Origin: the human T2T-CHM13v2.0 reference genome, Homo sapiens
Length of the DNA stretch: 64,000 nucleotides
Assembly (NCBI RefSeq): GCF_009914755.1
Contig: NC_060946.1
Direction: 5' to 3' (one strand)
The first letter of the stretch is position 1. Every line of letters begins with the position of its first letter. The translations under genes were made by a program, and so were the position numbers. The notes below the pieces were generated by a model. It was not told the origin of the DNA and searched no databases. It saw only the letters and a list, made by a program, of their open reading frames with translations. Positions 15,201 through 29,000 of the stretch are shown in pieces.

Positions 15201-16595
15201 AACTGCTCCAACCAAAGAAAGGTTCAACACTGTGAGATGAATTCACACATCACAAAGAAGTTTATCAGAAAGCTTCTGTCTAGTTTTTATGTGAAGATAT
15301 TTCCTTGTTCACCATAGGCCTCAAACTGCTTGCAAACATCACTCTACAGATACTACAAAAAGACTGTTTCCAAACTGTTCAATCAAAAGAAGGGTTTAAC
15401 TCTGTGTGATAAATTCACACGTCACCAAGAAGTTTCTCAGAATGCTTCTGTCTAGTTTTTATGTGAAGATATTTCCTTTCTCACGAAGGCCTCAAACCAC
15501 TCCAAATATCCATTTGCAGATTCTACAAAAAGATGGTTTCCAAACTGCTCAATGAATAGAAATGTTCAACTTTGTGAGATGGAAACACACATCACAGAGA
15601 AGTTTCTTAGAAACCTTCTGTCTTGTTTTTATGGGAAGATATTTCATATTTCACCATAGGTCTCAATGGGCTCAGAAATATACCTTTGCAGATTCTACAA
15701 AATGATTGTTTACAAACTGCTCAATCCAAAGACAGGTTCAACACTCTGAGATTAATTCACACATCACAAAGAAGTTTCTCAGAAAGCTTCTGTCTAGTTT
15801 TTATGTGAAGATATTTCCTTGCTCACCATAGGCCTCAAACTGCTCACAAACATCCCTCTACAGATACTACAAAAAGACTGTTACCAAACTGTTCAATCAA
15901 CAGAAGGGTTCAACTCTGTGTGGTAAATGCACACGTCACCAAGAAGTTTCTCAGAATGCTTCTGTCTAGTTTTTATGTGAAGATATTTCCTTTCTCACGA
16001 AGGCCTCAAACCACTCCAAATATCCATTTGCAGATTCTACAAAAGATGGTTTCCAAACTACTCAATGAATAGAAAGGTTCAACTATGTGAGATGAAAGCA
16101 CACATCACAAAGAAGTTTCATAAAATGTTGCTTTCTAGTTTTTAAGTGAAGATATTTCCTTTTTCACCATAGTCCTCAAAGTGCTCCAAATATCCATTTG
16201 CAGATTCTACAAAAAGTGTGTTTTCAAACTACTCAATCAAAAGAAAGGTTCAACTCTGTGAGATGAAAGCACACATCACAAATAAGTTTCCAGAAATCTC
16301 CTGACTAGTTTTTATCTGAAGATATTTCCTATTTCACCGTAGGCCTCAATGAGCTCACAAATATCCCTTTGCAGAATCTACAAAAGGACTGTTTTGAAAC
16401 TACTCAATGAGAAGAAAGGTTCAACTCTGTGAGACGAATGCATACATCACAAAGAAGTTTCTCAGAATGCTTCTGTCTAGTTTTTAGGTGAAGATATTTC
16501 CTTTTTCACCATAGGCCTCAAAGTGCTCACAAATATCTCCTTGCAGATTCTACAACAACAGAGTATCCAAATTGATTAATCAAAAGAATGCTTCA
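9287..16595 (-). repeat. Monomeric alpha satellite, reverse orientation (~43 monomers) with local monomer and trimer duplications
   Basis: Same ~171-bp motifs, all A-type boxes, no homogeneous higher-order repeat visible by eye. Confidence 0.97.
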
Positions 16596-17770
16596 CATAA
16601 AATCTGTAGAAGAAAACCTAGGCAATACCATTCAGGACATAGACATGGGCAAGGACTTCATGTCTAAAACATCTAAAGCAATGTCAACAAAAGCCACAAT
16701 TGACAAATGGGGTCTCATTAAACTAAGGAGCTTCTGCACAGCAAAAGAAACCACCATCAGAGTGAACAGGCATCCTACGGAATGGGAGAAAATTTTTGCA
16801 ACCTACTCATCTGACAAAGGGCTAATATCTAGAATCTACAATGAACTCAGACAAATTTACAGGAAAAAGCAAACAACCCCATCAAAAAGTGGGCAAAGGA
16901 TATGAACAGACATTTCTCAAAAGAAGATATTTATGCAGCCAATGAACAAATGAAAAAATGCTCATCTCCACTGGCCATCAGATAAATGCAAGTCAAAACC
17001 ACAATGAGATACCATCTCACACCAGTTAGAATGGCGATCATTAAAAAGTCAGGAAACAACAGGTGCTGGAGAGGATGTGAGAAATAGGAACATTTTTGCA
17101 CTGTTAATGGGACTGTAAACTAGTTCAACCATTGTGGAAGTCGGTATGGAGATTCCTCAGGGATCTAGAACTAGAAATACCACTTGACCCAGCCATGTCA
17201 TTACTGGGTATATACCCAAAGGATTATAAATCATGCTGCTATAAAGACACATGCACACGTATGTTTATAGTGGCACTATTCACAATAGCAAAGACTTGGA
17301 ACCAACGTAAATGTCCAACCACGATAGACTGGATGAAGAAAATGTGGCACATATACATCATGGAACACTATGCAGCCATAAAAAATGATGAGTTGATGTC
17401 CTTTGTAGGGACATGGATGAAGCTGGAAACCATCATTCTCAGTGAACTATCACAAGGACAAAAAATAAAACACCACATGTTCTCAATCATAGGTGGGAAT
17501 TGAACAATGAGAACACATGGACACAGGAAGGGGAACATCACACACCACACACCAGGGACTGTAGTCAGGTGTGGGGAGGGGGAGGGATATCCTTAGGAGA
17601 TATACCTAATGCTAAATGATGAGTTCATGGGTGCAGCACACAAACATGGCACATGTATAAATGTGTAACAAACTTGCACGTTGTACACATGTTCCCTAAA
17701 AATTAAAATATAATAATAATAAAAGTAAATAAATAAATAAATAAACCCAGAGCTCCAAAAAAAAATAGAG
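16596..17770 (+). mobile_element. 5'-truncated LINE-1 (L1PA4-like), ~1.1 kb of 3' end with A-tail and target-site duplication
   Basis: ORF2 C-terminal peptides [35 protein letters not shown] and WRFLRDLELEIPLDPA...SIIGGN*, broken by frameshifts and stops. The 3'UTR and A-rich tail lie at 17701-17765. TSD is AAGAATGCTTCA (16584-16595) / AAGAATGGTTCA (17771-17782). GAAGCTGGAAACCATC and GGCAATACC suggest L1PA4 (tentative). Confidence 0.95.
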
Positions 17771-18541
17771 AAGAATGGTTCAACTCTATGAGAAGAATGC
17801 ACACATCACAAATAAATTTCTCAGAAAGCTTCTGTCTACATTTTATATGAAGATATTTCCTTTTTCACCATAGGCCTCAAAGCACTCACAAATATCCCTT
17901 TGCAGATTCTACAAGACAAGAGTTTCCCATCTTCTCAATGAAAAGAAACGTTTACCGCTGGGAGATGAATGCACACATTACAAAGCAGTTTCTCAGAAAC
18001 CTTCTGTCTAGTTTTTATGTGAAGATATTTCCTTTTTCGCCATAGGCCTGAAAGCACTCACAAATATCTCATTGCTGATCCTACAAAAAGACTGTTTCCA
18101 CACTGCTCAGTCAAAAGAATGGTTCAACTGTTTGAGATGAGTGCACTCCAAACACAGAAGTGTCTCAGAAAGATTCTCTCTAGTTTTCATGTGAATATAT
18201 TTCCTTTTTCACCATTGGCCTCCAAGTGTTCACAAATATCCCTTTGCAGATTCTACAAAAAGACGATTTCCAATATGTTCAATCAACAGAAAGGTTCAAA
18301 TCTCTGAGACTAATTCACAAATGACAAAGCAGTTTCTCAGAAACATTCTTTCTAGTTTTTCTCTGAAGATATTTCCTTTTTCACCATAGGCTTCAAAGTG
18401 CTCACAAATATCCTTTTGCAGATTCTACAAAAAAAAGTTACCAAACTGCTCAAACAAAAGAATTGTTCACATCTGTGAGATGAATGCACACATCACAGAA
18501 AACTTTAGCAGAAAGCTTCTGTCTACATTTTATGTGAAGAT
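17771..18541 (-). repeat. Monomeric alpha satellite, reverse orientation (~4.5 monomers), truncated at the HSat3 junction
   Basis: Alpha motifs continue to ...GTCTACATTTTATGTGAAGAT (18541) and then stop abruptly mid-monomer. Confidence 0.96.
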
Positions 18542-20006
18542 CACAGTACAGTGGAGTGGAATGGAATGGAATGGAATGGAGTAGAGTGAAGTGGAGTGGT
18601 GTGGATTGGAGTGGAGAGGAGTGAAATGGAATGGAGTGGATTTCAAAAAAATGGAATGGAATGGAGTGGTGTGTAGTGGAATGGAATGGAGCAGAGTGAA
18701 GTGGAATAGAATGGAGTGGAATGGAATGGAGAGGAGTGGAATGGAATGGAGTGGAGTGGAGGGGATTGGAGTGGAGTGGAGGGGATTGGAGTGGAGTGGA
18801 GTGAAGTGGAGTTAAATGGAGTGGAATGGTATGGAATGGAAATGAATGGAATGGAGTGGAATGGAATGGAATGGAGTGGAGTGGAGTGGAATGGAGGGGA
18901 ATGGAGTGAAATGGAGTGGAGTGGAATCGAGTGGAGTGGAATGGAATGGAGTAGAATTGAACGGAGAGGAAATGAATGAAACGGAATGCAACACATTGGA
19001 ATGAAGTGGAGTGGAGTGCAGTGGAGTTGAGTGGAGTGGATAGGAATTCAGTGCAATGGAATGGAATGGAATGTAAGGGAGTGGAGTGGAGTGGAGTGGA
19101 GTGGATTGGAGTGGAGTGGAGTGGAGTGGAATGGAGTGGAATGGCATGGAGTGGAGTGGAATGGAATGGAATGGAATGAAATTGAATGGAATGGAAAGGA
19201 ATGGAATGCAACGGAATGGAACAGAATGGAGTACAGTGGAGAGGAGTTGAGTGGAGTGGATCGGAGTGCAGTGGAATGGAATGGAATGGAATGGAATGGA
19301 ATGGAATGGAATGGAATGGAAAGGAATGGGATGGAGAAGAGTGGAATGGAAAGGAGTGGAGTGGAATGTAATGGAATGTAATGGAAAGGAATGGGATGGA
19401 GTGGAGTGGAATGGAAAGGAGTGGAGTGGAATAGAATGGAGTGGAGTGGAATGGAATGGAGTGGAGTGGAGTGGAATGGAGTGGAGTGGAGTGGAATGGA
19501 ATGGAGAGGAGTGCAGAGTAATGGTATGGATTGGAATGGAATGGAAGGGAGTGGAGTGCAGTGGAGTGGATAGGAAGGCAGCGGAATTGAATGGAGTGGA
19601 ATGGAATGGAGTGGAGTAGAGTGGAGTGGAGTGGAGTTGAGTGGAATGGATCAGAGTGAAGTGGAATGGAATGGAATGGAGTGGAGTTTAGTGGAGTGGA
19701 GAGGAATTTAATGGAAAGGAGTGGACTGGAAAGTTTTGGAGTGGATAGGAAGGAATGGAACATAAAGGAATGGAATGGAATGGAAAGGAATGGAACGGAA
19801 TGGAGTGGAGTGCAGTGGAGTTGAGCCGAGTCAATGTGAGTGCAGTGGAAAGGAAAGGAATGGAATGGAACAGAATGGAACGGAATGGAACGGAATGGAA
19901 TAGAGTAAAGTGGGATGGAAGGGAGTGCAGGAGAGTAGAGTGGAGTGGAGTGCAGTGGAGTGGAGTGGAATGGAATGGAATGGAGTTGAATGGAATGGAA
20001 AGTAAT

Positions 20007-23000
20007 GGTGAAATGCATTGTGAGCTAAGATTTTGCCACTGCACTCCAGTCTGGGTGACAAAGTGAGATCCAAATGAAATAAACTAATCGAATGGAATGC
20101 AGTAGAATGGAAGGGAATGGAGTGGAGTGGAGTGGAGTGGAGTGGAGTGCAGTGGACTGGAGTGGAACGCAGGGAATGGAATGGAGTGGAGTGGAACGGA
20201 GGGGAATTGAATGGAGTAGAGTGGAATGGAATGGAAAGGAACAGAATGGAATGGAATGGAACAGAATAGAATGGAAGGTAACAGAATGAAGTGGAGTGGA
20301 GAGGAGTGCAATTGAGTGGAGTGGATCGGAATGGAGTGGAATGCAATGGAATGAAATGGCATGGAATGGAGTGGAATGGAATGGAGTGGAGTGGAGTGGA
20401 GTAGAGTGGAGTGGAGTGGAGTGGAGTGGAGTGGAGTGGAATGGAATGGAATGGAATGCAATGGAATGGTGAAATGTAATGTGAGCTAAGATTGTGCCAC
20501 TGCACTACAGTCTGGGTGACAGAGTGACATCCAATAGAAATAAAGGAATGGAATGGAATAGAGTAGAGTGGAATGGAATGGAGTGGAGTGGAATGGAATG
20601 CAGTGGAACGAAGTGGAATGGAGTGTACTGGAATGGAGTAAAGTGGAATTGAGTGGAACGAAAAGAAATGGAATAGAGAGGAATGGAATGGAATGGAGTG
20701 GAATGGAATGAAGTGGAATGGAGCATAATGGAATGGAGTGGAGTGGAATGGAGAGGAATGGAGAGGAAAGGAATGGAATGGAATGGATGGAATGCAATGG
20801 AATGGAATGGAATGGAATGGAATGGAATGGAATGGAATAGAGTGGAATGGAATGGAATGGAATGGAGTGGAATGGAACGCAAATCAGTGGCATGGAATGG
20901 AGTGGAGAGGAATGGAGTGGAATGAAGTGGAATGGAGTTGAATGGAGTGGAATGGAGTGAAATGGAGTGGAATGGAATGGAGTGGAGTGGAATGGAATGG
21001 AGTGGAATAGAAAGGAACGGTACAGAATGAAAAGGAACGGAATGGAACAGAGTGCAGTAGAGTGGAGTGAGAGGAGTGGATCGGAGTGCAGTGGAACGGA
21101 ATGGAATGGAATGGAGTGGAGTGGAGTGCAGTAATGGAATGGAGTAGAATGGAGTGGAGTGGAGTGGAGTGGAGTAATGGAATGGAGTAGAATGGAGTGG
21201 AATGGAAGGGAGTGCAGTGGATTGGAGTAGAATGCCGTGGAATGGAATGGAGTGGAGTGGAATGGAGTGGAATGGAATGGAATGGAATGAAATAGAATGG
21301 AATGGAAGGGAAAGGAGTGGAGTGGAATGGAGTGGAATGGAATGGAATGGAATGGAATGAAATAGAATGGAATGGAAGGGAAAGGAGTGGAGTGGAATGG
21401 AGTGGAATGGAATGGAATGGAATGGAATGGAATGGAATGGAATGGAATGAAATATAATGGAATGGAAGGGAACGGAGTGGAGTGAAGTGGAGTTGAGTGG
21501 AGTGGATTGGCCTGTAGTAGAATGGAATGGAATGGAAGGGAATGAAATGGAATAGAGTGGAGTGGAATGGAATGGAGTGGTATGGAGTGGAGTGGAGTGG
21601 AACGGAGTGAAGTGGAATGGAGTGGAGTGGAATGGAGTGGGATGGAATGAAATGGAATAGAGAGGAATGGAATGGAATAGAATGGAATGACGAGGAATAT
21701 AGTATAATGGAGTGGAGTGGAGTGGAATGGAGTTTAGTGGAATGGAGTGTAATGGAATGGAAAGGAATGGAAAGGAATGGAAAGGAATGCAATTGAGTGG
21801 AATGGAATGGAGTGGAGTGGAGGGGAGTGGAGAGGAGTGGAGTGGCGTGCAGTGGAATGGAGTGCTATGGAGTGGAGTGGAGTGGAATGGAATAGAGTGG
21901 AATGGAATGGAATGGTACAGAACGGAATGGAACAGAATGGAAAGGAGTGGAGTTGAGTGGATTGTAGTGGAGTAGAGTGGAGTGGGTTGGAATGCAGTGG
22001 AATGCAAGGGAATGGAATGGAATGGAGTGGAGTGGAGTGCATTGGAGTGGAGTGGATTGGAGGGGAATGGAGTAGAATGGAGTGGAATGGAATGGAGTGG
22101 AGAGGAATGGAGTGCAACGGAATGGAAGGAATGAAATGGAACCGAATGGAAGGGAATGGAGTGGAGTGGAGTAGATTTGAGTAGAGTGGAATGGAGTGCA
22201 GTGGAATGGATTGGAATGGAATGGAGTGGAGTGGAATGGAATGGAATGGAATGGAATGGAATGGAATGGATTGGAGTGGAGGGGAATAGAGTGGAGTACA
22301 GTGGAGTGGACAGGAATGGAGTGGAGTGGAATGGAATGGAATGGAATGGAGTGGAGTGGAAAGGAATGGAGTGGAGTGGAATGGAAGGGAGTGCATTGGA
22401 GTGGAATTGAGTGGAGTGGAGTGGAATGGAATGGAGTGGAGTGCAGCAGAATATAATGCAGTGGAATGGAATAGAATGGAGTGGAGTGGAGTGGAGTGGA
22501 ATGGAATGGAGTGGAGTGCAGCAGAATATAATGCAGTGGAATGGAATAGAATGGAGTGGAGTGGAGTGGAGTGGAATTGATTGGAGTGCAGTGGAATGGA
22601 ATGGAATGGAATGGAGGGGAGTGGAGTGGAGTGGAATGGAGAGGAACGAAATGGAGTGCAGTGGAATGGAATGGAATGGAATGGAGCGAAATGGAATGGA
22701 ATGGATTGGAATGGAATGGAATGGAATGGAAAGGAGTGGAGAGGAGTGGAGGGGAATGGAGTGGAGTGGAGTTGAGTGGAGTGGATCACAGTGCAGTAGA
22801 CTGGAATGGAATGGAATGAAATGGAATGGAGTGGAGTGGAGTGAAATTTAATGGAATGAAGTGGATTGGATTGGAGTGGAGTGGAGTGGAGCAGAGTGTA
22901 GTACAATGGAATGGAGTGGAGTGTAGTACAATGGAATGGAGTGGAGTGGAGTACAATGGAATGGAGTGGAGTGGAGTACAATGGAATGGAGTGGAGTGCA

Positions 23001-26000
23001 ATGGAATGTAATGGAATGGAGTGGAGTGGAGTGCAATGGAATCCAGTGGAGTGATGTGGAGTGGAGTGGAACGGAGTGGAGAGGAATGGCATGGAATGGA
23101 ATGGAATGGAATGGAATGGAATGGAATGGAATGGAATGGAATGGAATGGAAAGGAATGCAATGGATTGTTGAAGTGAAATATGAGCTAAGATTATGCCAC
23201 TGCACTCCGGTCTGGGTGACAGAGTAAGATCCAGTCGAAATAAACAACTGGAATGGAATGGAGTAAAATCGAAAGAAATGGAGTATACTGGAACAGAATG
23301 GAGTGGAATTGAGTGGAGTGGAGTGGATTGGAGTGGAGTGGAATGGAGTAAACTGGAATGGAGTAGAATAGAGTGAAATGGAATGGAATGAAAACAAGTG
23401 GAATGGAATGGAATGGAGTGGAATGGAGTTTAGTGGACTGGAATGCAGTGGAGTGGAATGGAGTTGAATTGAGTGGAATAGAATGGAATAGAATAGAGTG
23501 GAGTGGAATGGAATAGAGTGGCATGGAGTGGAGTAGAGTGGAGTGGAATGGAATGGAATAGAATGGAGTGAAATGGAGTGGTGGGGAATGGAGTGGACTG
23601 GAACGGAATGGAGTGGAATGGAACAGAAATGAAGGGAAGAAAATGGAATGAAGAGGAGTGCAGTGGAGTGGAGTGGAGTTGAGTGGAATGGATCAGAGTG
23701 GAGTGGATTGGAATGAACTGGAATGGAATGGAATGGAGTGGAGTGGAGTGAAGTAGAGTGGAGTAGAGTGGAGTGGAATGGAATGCAGTGGAGTGGAATG
23801 GAATGGAATGGAACGGAAAGCAATGGAATGGAACAAAATGGAATGGAACGGAAAGGAAAGGAGTGGTGTGGAGTGAAGTGGGGTGGAGTAGATGGAGTTG
23901 TTCAGAGTGCAGTGGAATGGAATTGAATTGAATTGAGTGCAGCAGAATGGAATGGAATGGAGTTGAGTGGAGTGGAGTGGATTGGAATGGAACGGAATGC
24001 AATGGAATGGTATTGAATGGAATGCAATGGAATGGAATGGAATGGAATGGAATGGAATGGAATGGAATGGAGTGGAATGGAATGGAATGGAATGGAATGG
24101 AATGGAATGGTGAAATGAAATGTGAGCAAAGATTGTGCCCCTTCACTGCACTCTAGGTGACAGAGTGAGATCAAGTCGAAATAAAGGAATGGAATGGAAT
24201 GCAGAAGAATGGAATGGAATGGAATGGAGTGCAGTGGATTGGAATGGAATGGAGTGGAAGGGAGTGGAATAGAGTGGAATGGAGTAAAGTGGAACAGAGC
24301 GGAGTGGAATGTAGTGGAATGGAGGACAATGGAGTAGAATGGAGTGGAATGCAATGGAACGAAATGGAATGGCATTTAATGGAGGGGAATGGAGTGGAAT
24401 GGAGAGGAGTGGAAAGAAATGGAAAGGAATGGAAGGGAATGGAGTGGAGTGGAGAGGAGTGGAATTGAGTGGAGTGGATTGCAGTGCAGTGAAATGGAAT
24501 GGAATGCAGTGGAGTGGAGTGAAGTGGAATGGAGTGGAATGGAATGGAGTAGAGTGTAAAGGAATGGAATGGAATGGATTAGAGTGTAAAGGAATGGAAT
24601 GGAATGGAACGGAATGGAATGGAATGAAAAGAAATGGATCAGAGTGGAGTGGAGTCCAGTGGAGTTGAGTGGAGTGGATCTGAGTGTACTGGAATGGAAT
24701 GGAATGGAATGGAATTGAATGGAATGGAATGGTATGGGATGGGATGGGATGGAATGGAATGGAATGGAATGGGATGGAAAGGAATGAAATGGAATGGAGT
24801 AGAGTGGAGACGAATGTAATGGACTGGAAGGAATTGGAGTGGAATGGAAGGGAATGGAATGGAGTGGAAAGGAATGGAAAAGAGTGGAATGGAATGGTGA
24901 AATGAAATGTGAGCTAAGATTGTGCCACTGCATTCCAGTATGGGTGACAGGATGAGATTCAATTGAAATAAAGGAATCGAAAGGAATGCAGTAGAATGGA
25001 ATGGAATGTATTGGAGTGGAGTGGTGTGGAGTGGAGTGGAGTGGAATGGAAGGGAGTGGAATGGAATGGAGTGGAGTAGAATGGAATGGAATGGAACAGA
25101 ATGGAATGGATTGGAACAGAATGGAATCGAACTGAAGGGAACGGAGTAGATTGGAGTGGAGTTGAGTTGAGAGGATCAGAGTGCAGTGGAATGGAATCAT
25201 TGGAATGGAATGGAATGAAATGGATTGGAGTGGAATGGAATGGAGTGGAGAGGAGTGGGGTGGGGTGGAGTGGAGTTGAACGGAAAGGAATGGAATGGAA
25301 TGGAATGGAATGGAATGGAATGGAAAGGTGAAATGTAATGTGAGCAAAAATTATGTCAGTGCACTCCAGTCTGGGGGTCAGAGTGAGATCCAATCGAAAT
25401 AAAGCAATGGAATGGAATGGAGTTGAATGGAATGGAATGGAGTGGATTGGCATGCAACAGAGTGGAATGGAGTGGAGTGGAGTGGAATGGAATGTAGTGG
25501 AGTGGAGTGGAGCGCAGTATAATGGAGTGGAATGGAGTGAAATGGAGTGAAATGGAATGGAGTAGATTGGAGTAGAATGGAACGGAATGGCACGGAATGC
25601 TATGGAATGAAATGGAATGAAATGGAACGTATTGGAGTGGAGTGGAGATGAGTGGATTGGATTGGAGTGCAGTGGAATGGAATGGAATGGAATGAAATGG
25701 AATAGAATGCAATGGAGTGGAATGGAGTGGAGTGGAGTGGAAAGGAATGGAATGGAGTGGATTGGAATGGAATGGAACGGAATTCAGTGGAATGAAAGGG
25801 AACGGAGTGGAGTGGAGTGGAACGGAGTTGAGTGGAGTGGATCAGAGTGCTGTGGAAAGGAATGGAATGGAATGGAAAGGAGTGGAGTGGAATGGAATAA
25901 AATGGAGTGGAGAGGAGTGGAGTGGAGTAGAGTGGAGTGGAATGGAATGGAAAGGAGTGGAATGGAGTGCAATGGAATGGAATACAGTGGAATAGAATGT

Positions 26001-29000
26001 AATGGAGGGAAGTGGAATGGAATGGAATGGAATGGAATGGAATAGAGTGGAGTGGAATGGAATGAAGTGGAGTCGAACTGAATGGAGTGGAGTGGAGTGA
26101 AATTGAATGGTGTGGAGTGGAAGGCAAAGAATGGAATGGAATGAAGTGGAGTGGACTGGATTGCAGTGGAGTGGAATGAATTGGAATGGAGTGGAATGAA
26201 ATGGAATGCAATGGAAAGGAAAGCAGTGGAGTGGAATGGAATGGAATGGAGTGGAGGCCAGTGGAGTGGAGTGGAATGGAAAGGAGTGGAAAGAAATGGA
26301 ATGGAATGGAACGGAATGGAGTGGTGTGGAGTGGAGTGGAATTGAGTGCAGTGGATCAGAGTGCAGTTAAATGGAATGGAATGGAGTGCAGTGGAGTGGA
26401 ATGGAGTGGAATGCAATGGAGTGGAGCGGAAAGGAATGGAATGGAAACAGAATGGAATTTAATGGAATGAAAAGGAATGGATTGGAGTGTAGTGGAGTGC
26501 AGTGGAGTTGATTGGAGTGGATCTGAGTGTAGTGTAATAGAATGGAATGGAATGGAATGGAATGGAATGGAATGGAATGGAATGGAATGGAGTGGAATGG
26601 AATGGGGTGGAGTGGAGTGGAGTGGAATGGAATGGAGTGGAGTGGAATGGAATGGAGTGGAGTGGAATGGAATGGAGTGGAGTGGAGTGGAATGGAATGG
26701 AATGGAATGGAGTTGGATGGAATGGAATGGTGAAATGAAATGTGAGCTAAGATTGTGCCACTACACTCCAGTCTGGGTGTCAGAGTGAGATCCAATCAAA
26801 ATAAAGTAATGGAATGGAATGGAGTTGAATGGAATGGAATGGTGTGGATTGGCATGCAACGGAGTCGAATCGAGTGGAGTGGAGTATAGTGGAGTGGAAT
26901 GGAGTGAAATGGTGTGGAATGGAATGGAGTGCAGAAGAATGGAATGGAGTGGAATGGCACAGAATGGTACAGAATGAAATGGAACTGAATGGAAAGTATT
27001 GGAGTGGAGTGGAGTTGAGTGGACTGGATCGGAGTGCAGTGGAATGGAATGGAATGGAATGGAATGGAATGGAATGGAATGGAAGAGTGGAGTGGAGTGA
27101 AGTGGAGTGGAATACAGTAGAATGCAGTGGAATGGAATGGAGTGGATTGGAGGAGAATGGAACGGAATGGAATGGAATGGAAAGGATTTGAGTGGAATGT
27201 AAGGGATCGGAGTGGAGTGGAGTGGAACGGAGTTGAGTGGAGTGGGTCAGAGTGCAGTGGAATGGAATGGAATGGAATGGAGTGGAGTGGAGTGGAACGG
27301 AATGGAGTGGAGTGGAGTGGAATGGAATCGAATGGAATGGAGTGGAGTGGAGTGGAGTGGAGTGGAATGGAATGCAGTGGAATGGAATAGAATGGAGTGG
27401 AATGGAATGGAATACAGTGGAATAGAAAGGAATGGCGGGGAGTGGAATGGAATGGAATAGAATGGAATGGAATGGAATGGAATGGAATGGAATGGAATGG
27501 AATGGAATGGAATGGAGTGGAATGGAATAGAGTGAAGTGGAATGGAATGGAGTGGAATGGAATAGAGTGAAGTGGAATGGAGTGGAGTGGAGTGGAGTAA
27601 AATAGAGTGGAATGAAGTGGAATGGAATGGAGTGGATTGAAATGGAGTGAAGTGGAGTGTAATGGAATGGAGTGGAATGGAATGAATTGGAGGAGATTGG
27701 AGTGAAGTGCAGTGGAGTGGATTGGAGTGCTGTGGAATGGAATGGGATGGAATGGAGTGGAGTGGAGTGGAGTGGAATGGAGTGGAATGGAATGGAATGG
27801 AATGGAACGGAACGGAATGGAACAGAATGGAAAGGAGTGGAGTGGAGTGTAGTTGAGCGGAATAGATCGGAGTACAGTGGACTGGAATGGAAAGGAAAGT
27901 AATGGAGTGGAGTGGAGTGGAATGGAATGGAGTGGAGTGGAGTGAAGTGGAGGGGAGTTGAGTGGAGTCGAATGGAATGAAATGGAGTGGAATGGAGTGG
28001 AATGGAATGGAATGGAATGGAATGGAATGGAAAGGAATGGAAAGGTGAAATGAAATGTAAGCTAAAATTCTGCCACTGCACTCCAGTCTGTGTCACAGAG
28101 TGAGATCCAGTCGAAATAAAGGAATGGAATGCAATGGAGTAGAATGGAATGGAATGGAGTGGAGTAGAATGGAATGGTGTGGAATAGAGTGTAATGGAGT
28201 GGAATGGAATGGAGAGGAGTGGAATGGATTGGAAAGGTGTGGAATGGAATGGTATGGAAGGGAGTGGAATGGAATGGAATGGAGTAGAATGGAGTGGAGT
28301 GGAATGGAAAGGAGTGGAAAGAGTGGAGTGTAATGGAGTGTAATGGAGTGAAATGGAGTGACGTGGAAAGGAGTGGAATGGAGCTGCATTGACAGGAATG
28401 GAATGGAGTGGAGTGGAATGGAATGGAGTGGAGTGGAGTGGATGGAAGTGGAATGAAGTGGAATAGAGTGAAATGAAGTAGGGTGGACTTTAGTGGAGTG
28501 GAATGGAATGGAGTGAAAAGTAATGGAATGGAATTGATCTGTGTAGAGTGGAGTGGAGTTCAGTGCAGTGGATCGGAGTTCAGTGAAATGGAAAAGAGTG
28601 GAATGGAATATAGTGGAGTGGAGTGCAGTACAGTGGAGTAGAGTGAAATGGAGTGGAATGTCATTGAATAGAATGCATTCGAGTGGAATGGAATGGAATG
28701 GAAAGGAATGGAAAGGAATGGAACGGAATGGAATGGAACGGAAAGGAACATAGTGCAGTGGAGGGTAGTTGATTGAAGTGGAGCGGAGTGCAGTGGAATT
28801 GAATGGAATAGAATTAATTGGAATGGAGTAAAGTGGAATGGAATGGAATGGATTGGAATGGATTGGAGTGTAGTGAGTGGATCAGATTGCAGTGGAATGG
28901 AATGGAATGGAATGGAAAGGAGTGAAGTGGAGTGGAGTGGATTGGAGTGGAATGGAGTAGAATGGAGTGGAATGGAATGGAGTGCATTGGAATGGAATGG

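Noticed and set aside
20021-20083. Cassette as an autonomous Pol III Alu/7SL ncRNA gene
   Set aside because: Only the 3'-terminal ~60 bp of Alu is present. The left-arm A and B boxes and an oligo-T terminator are absent.
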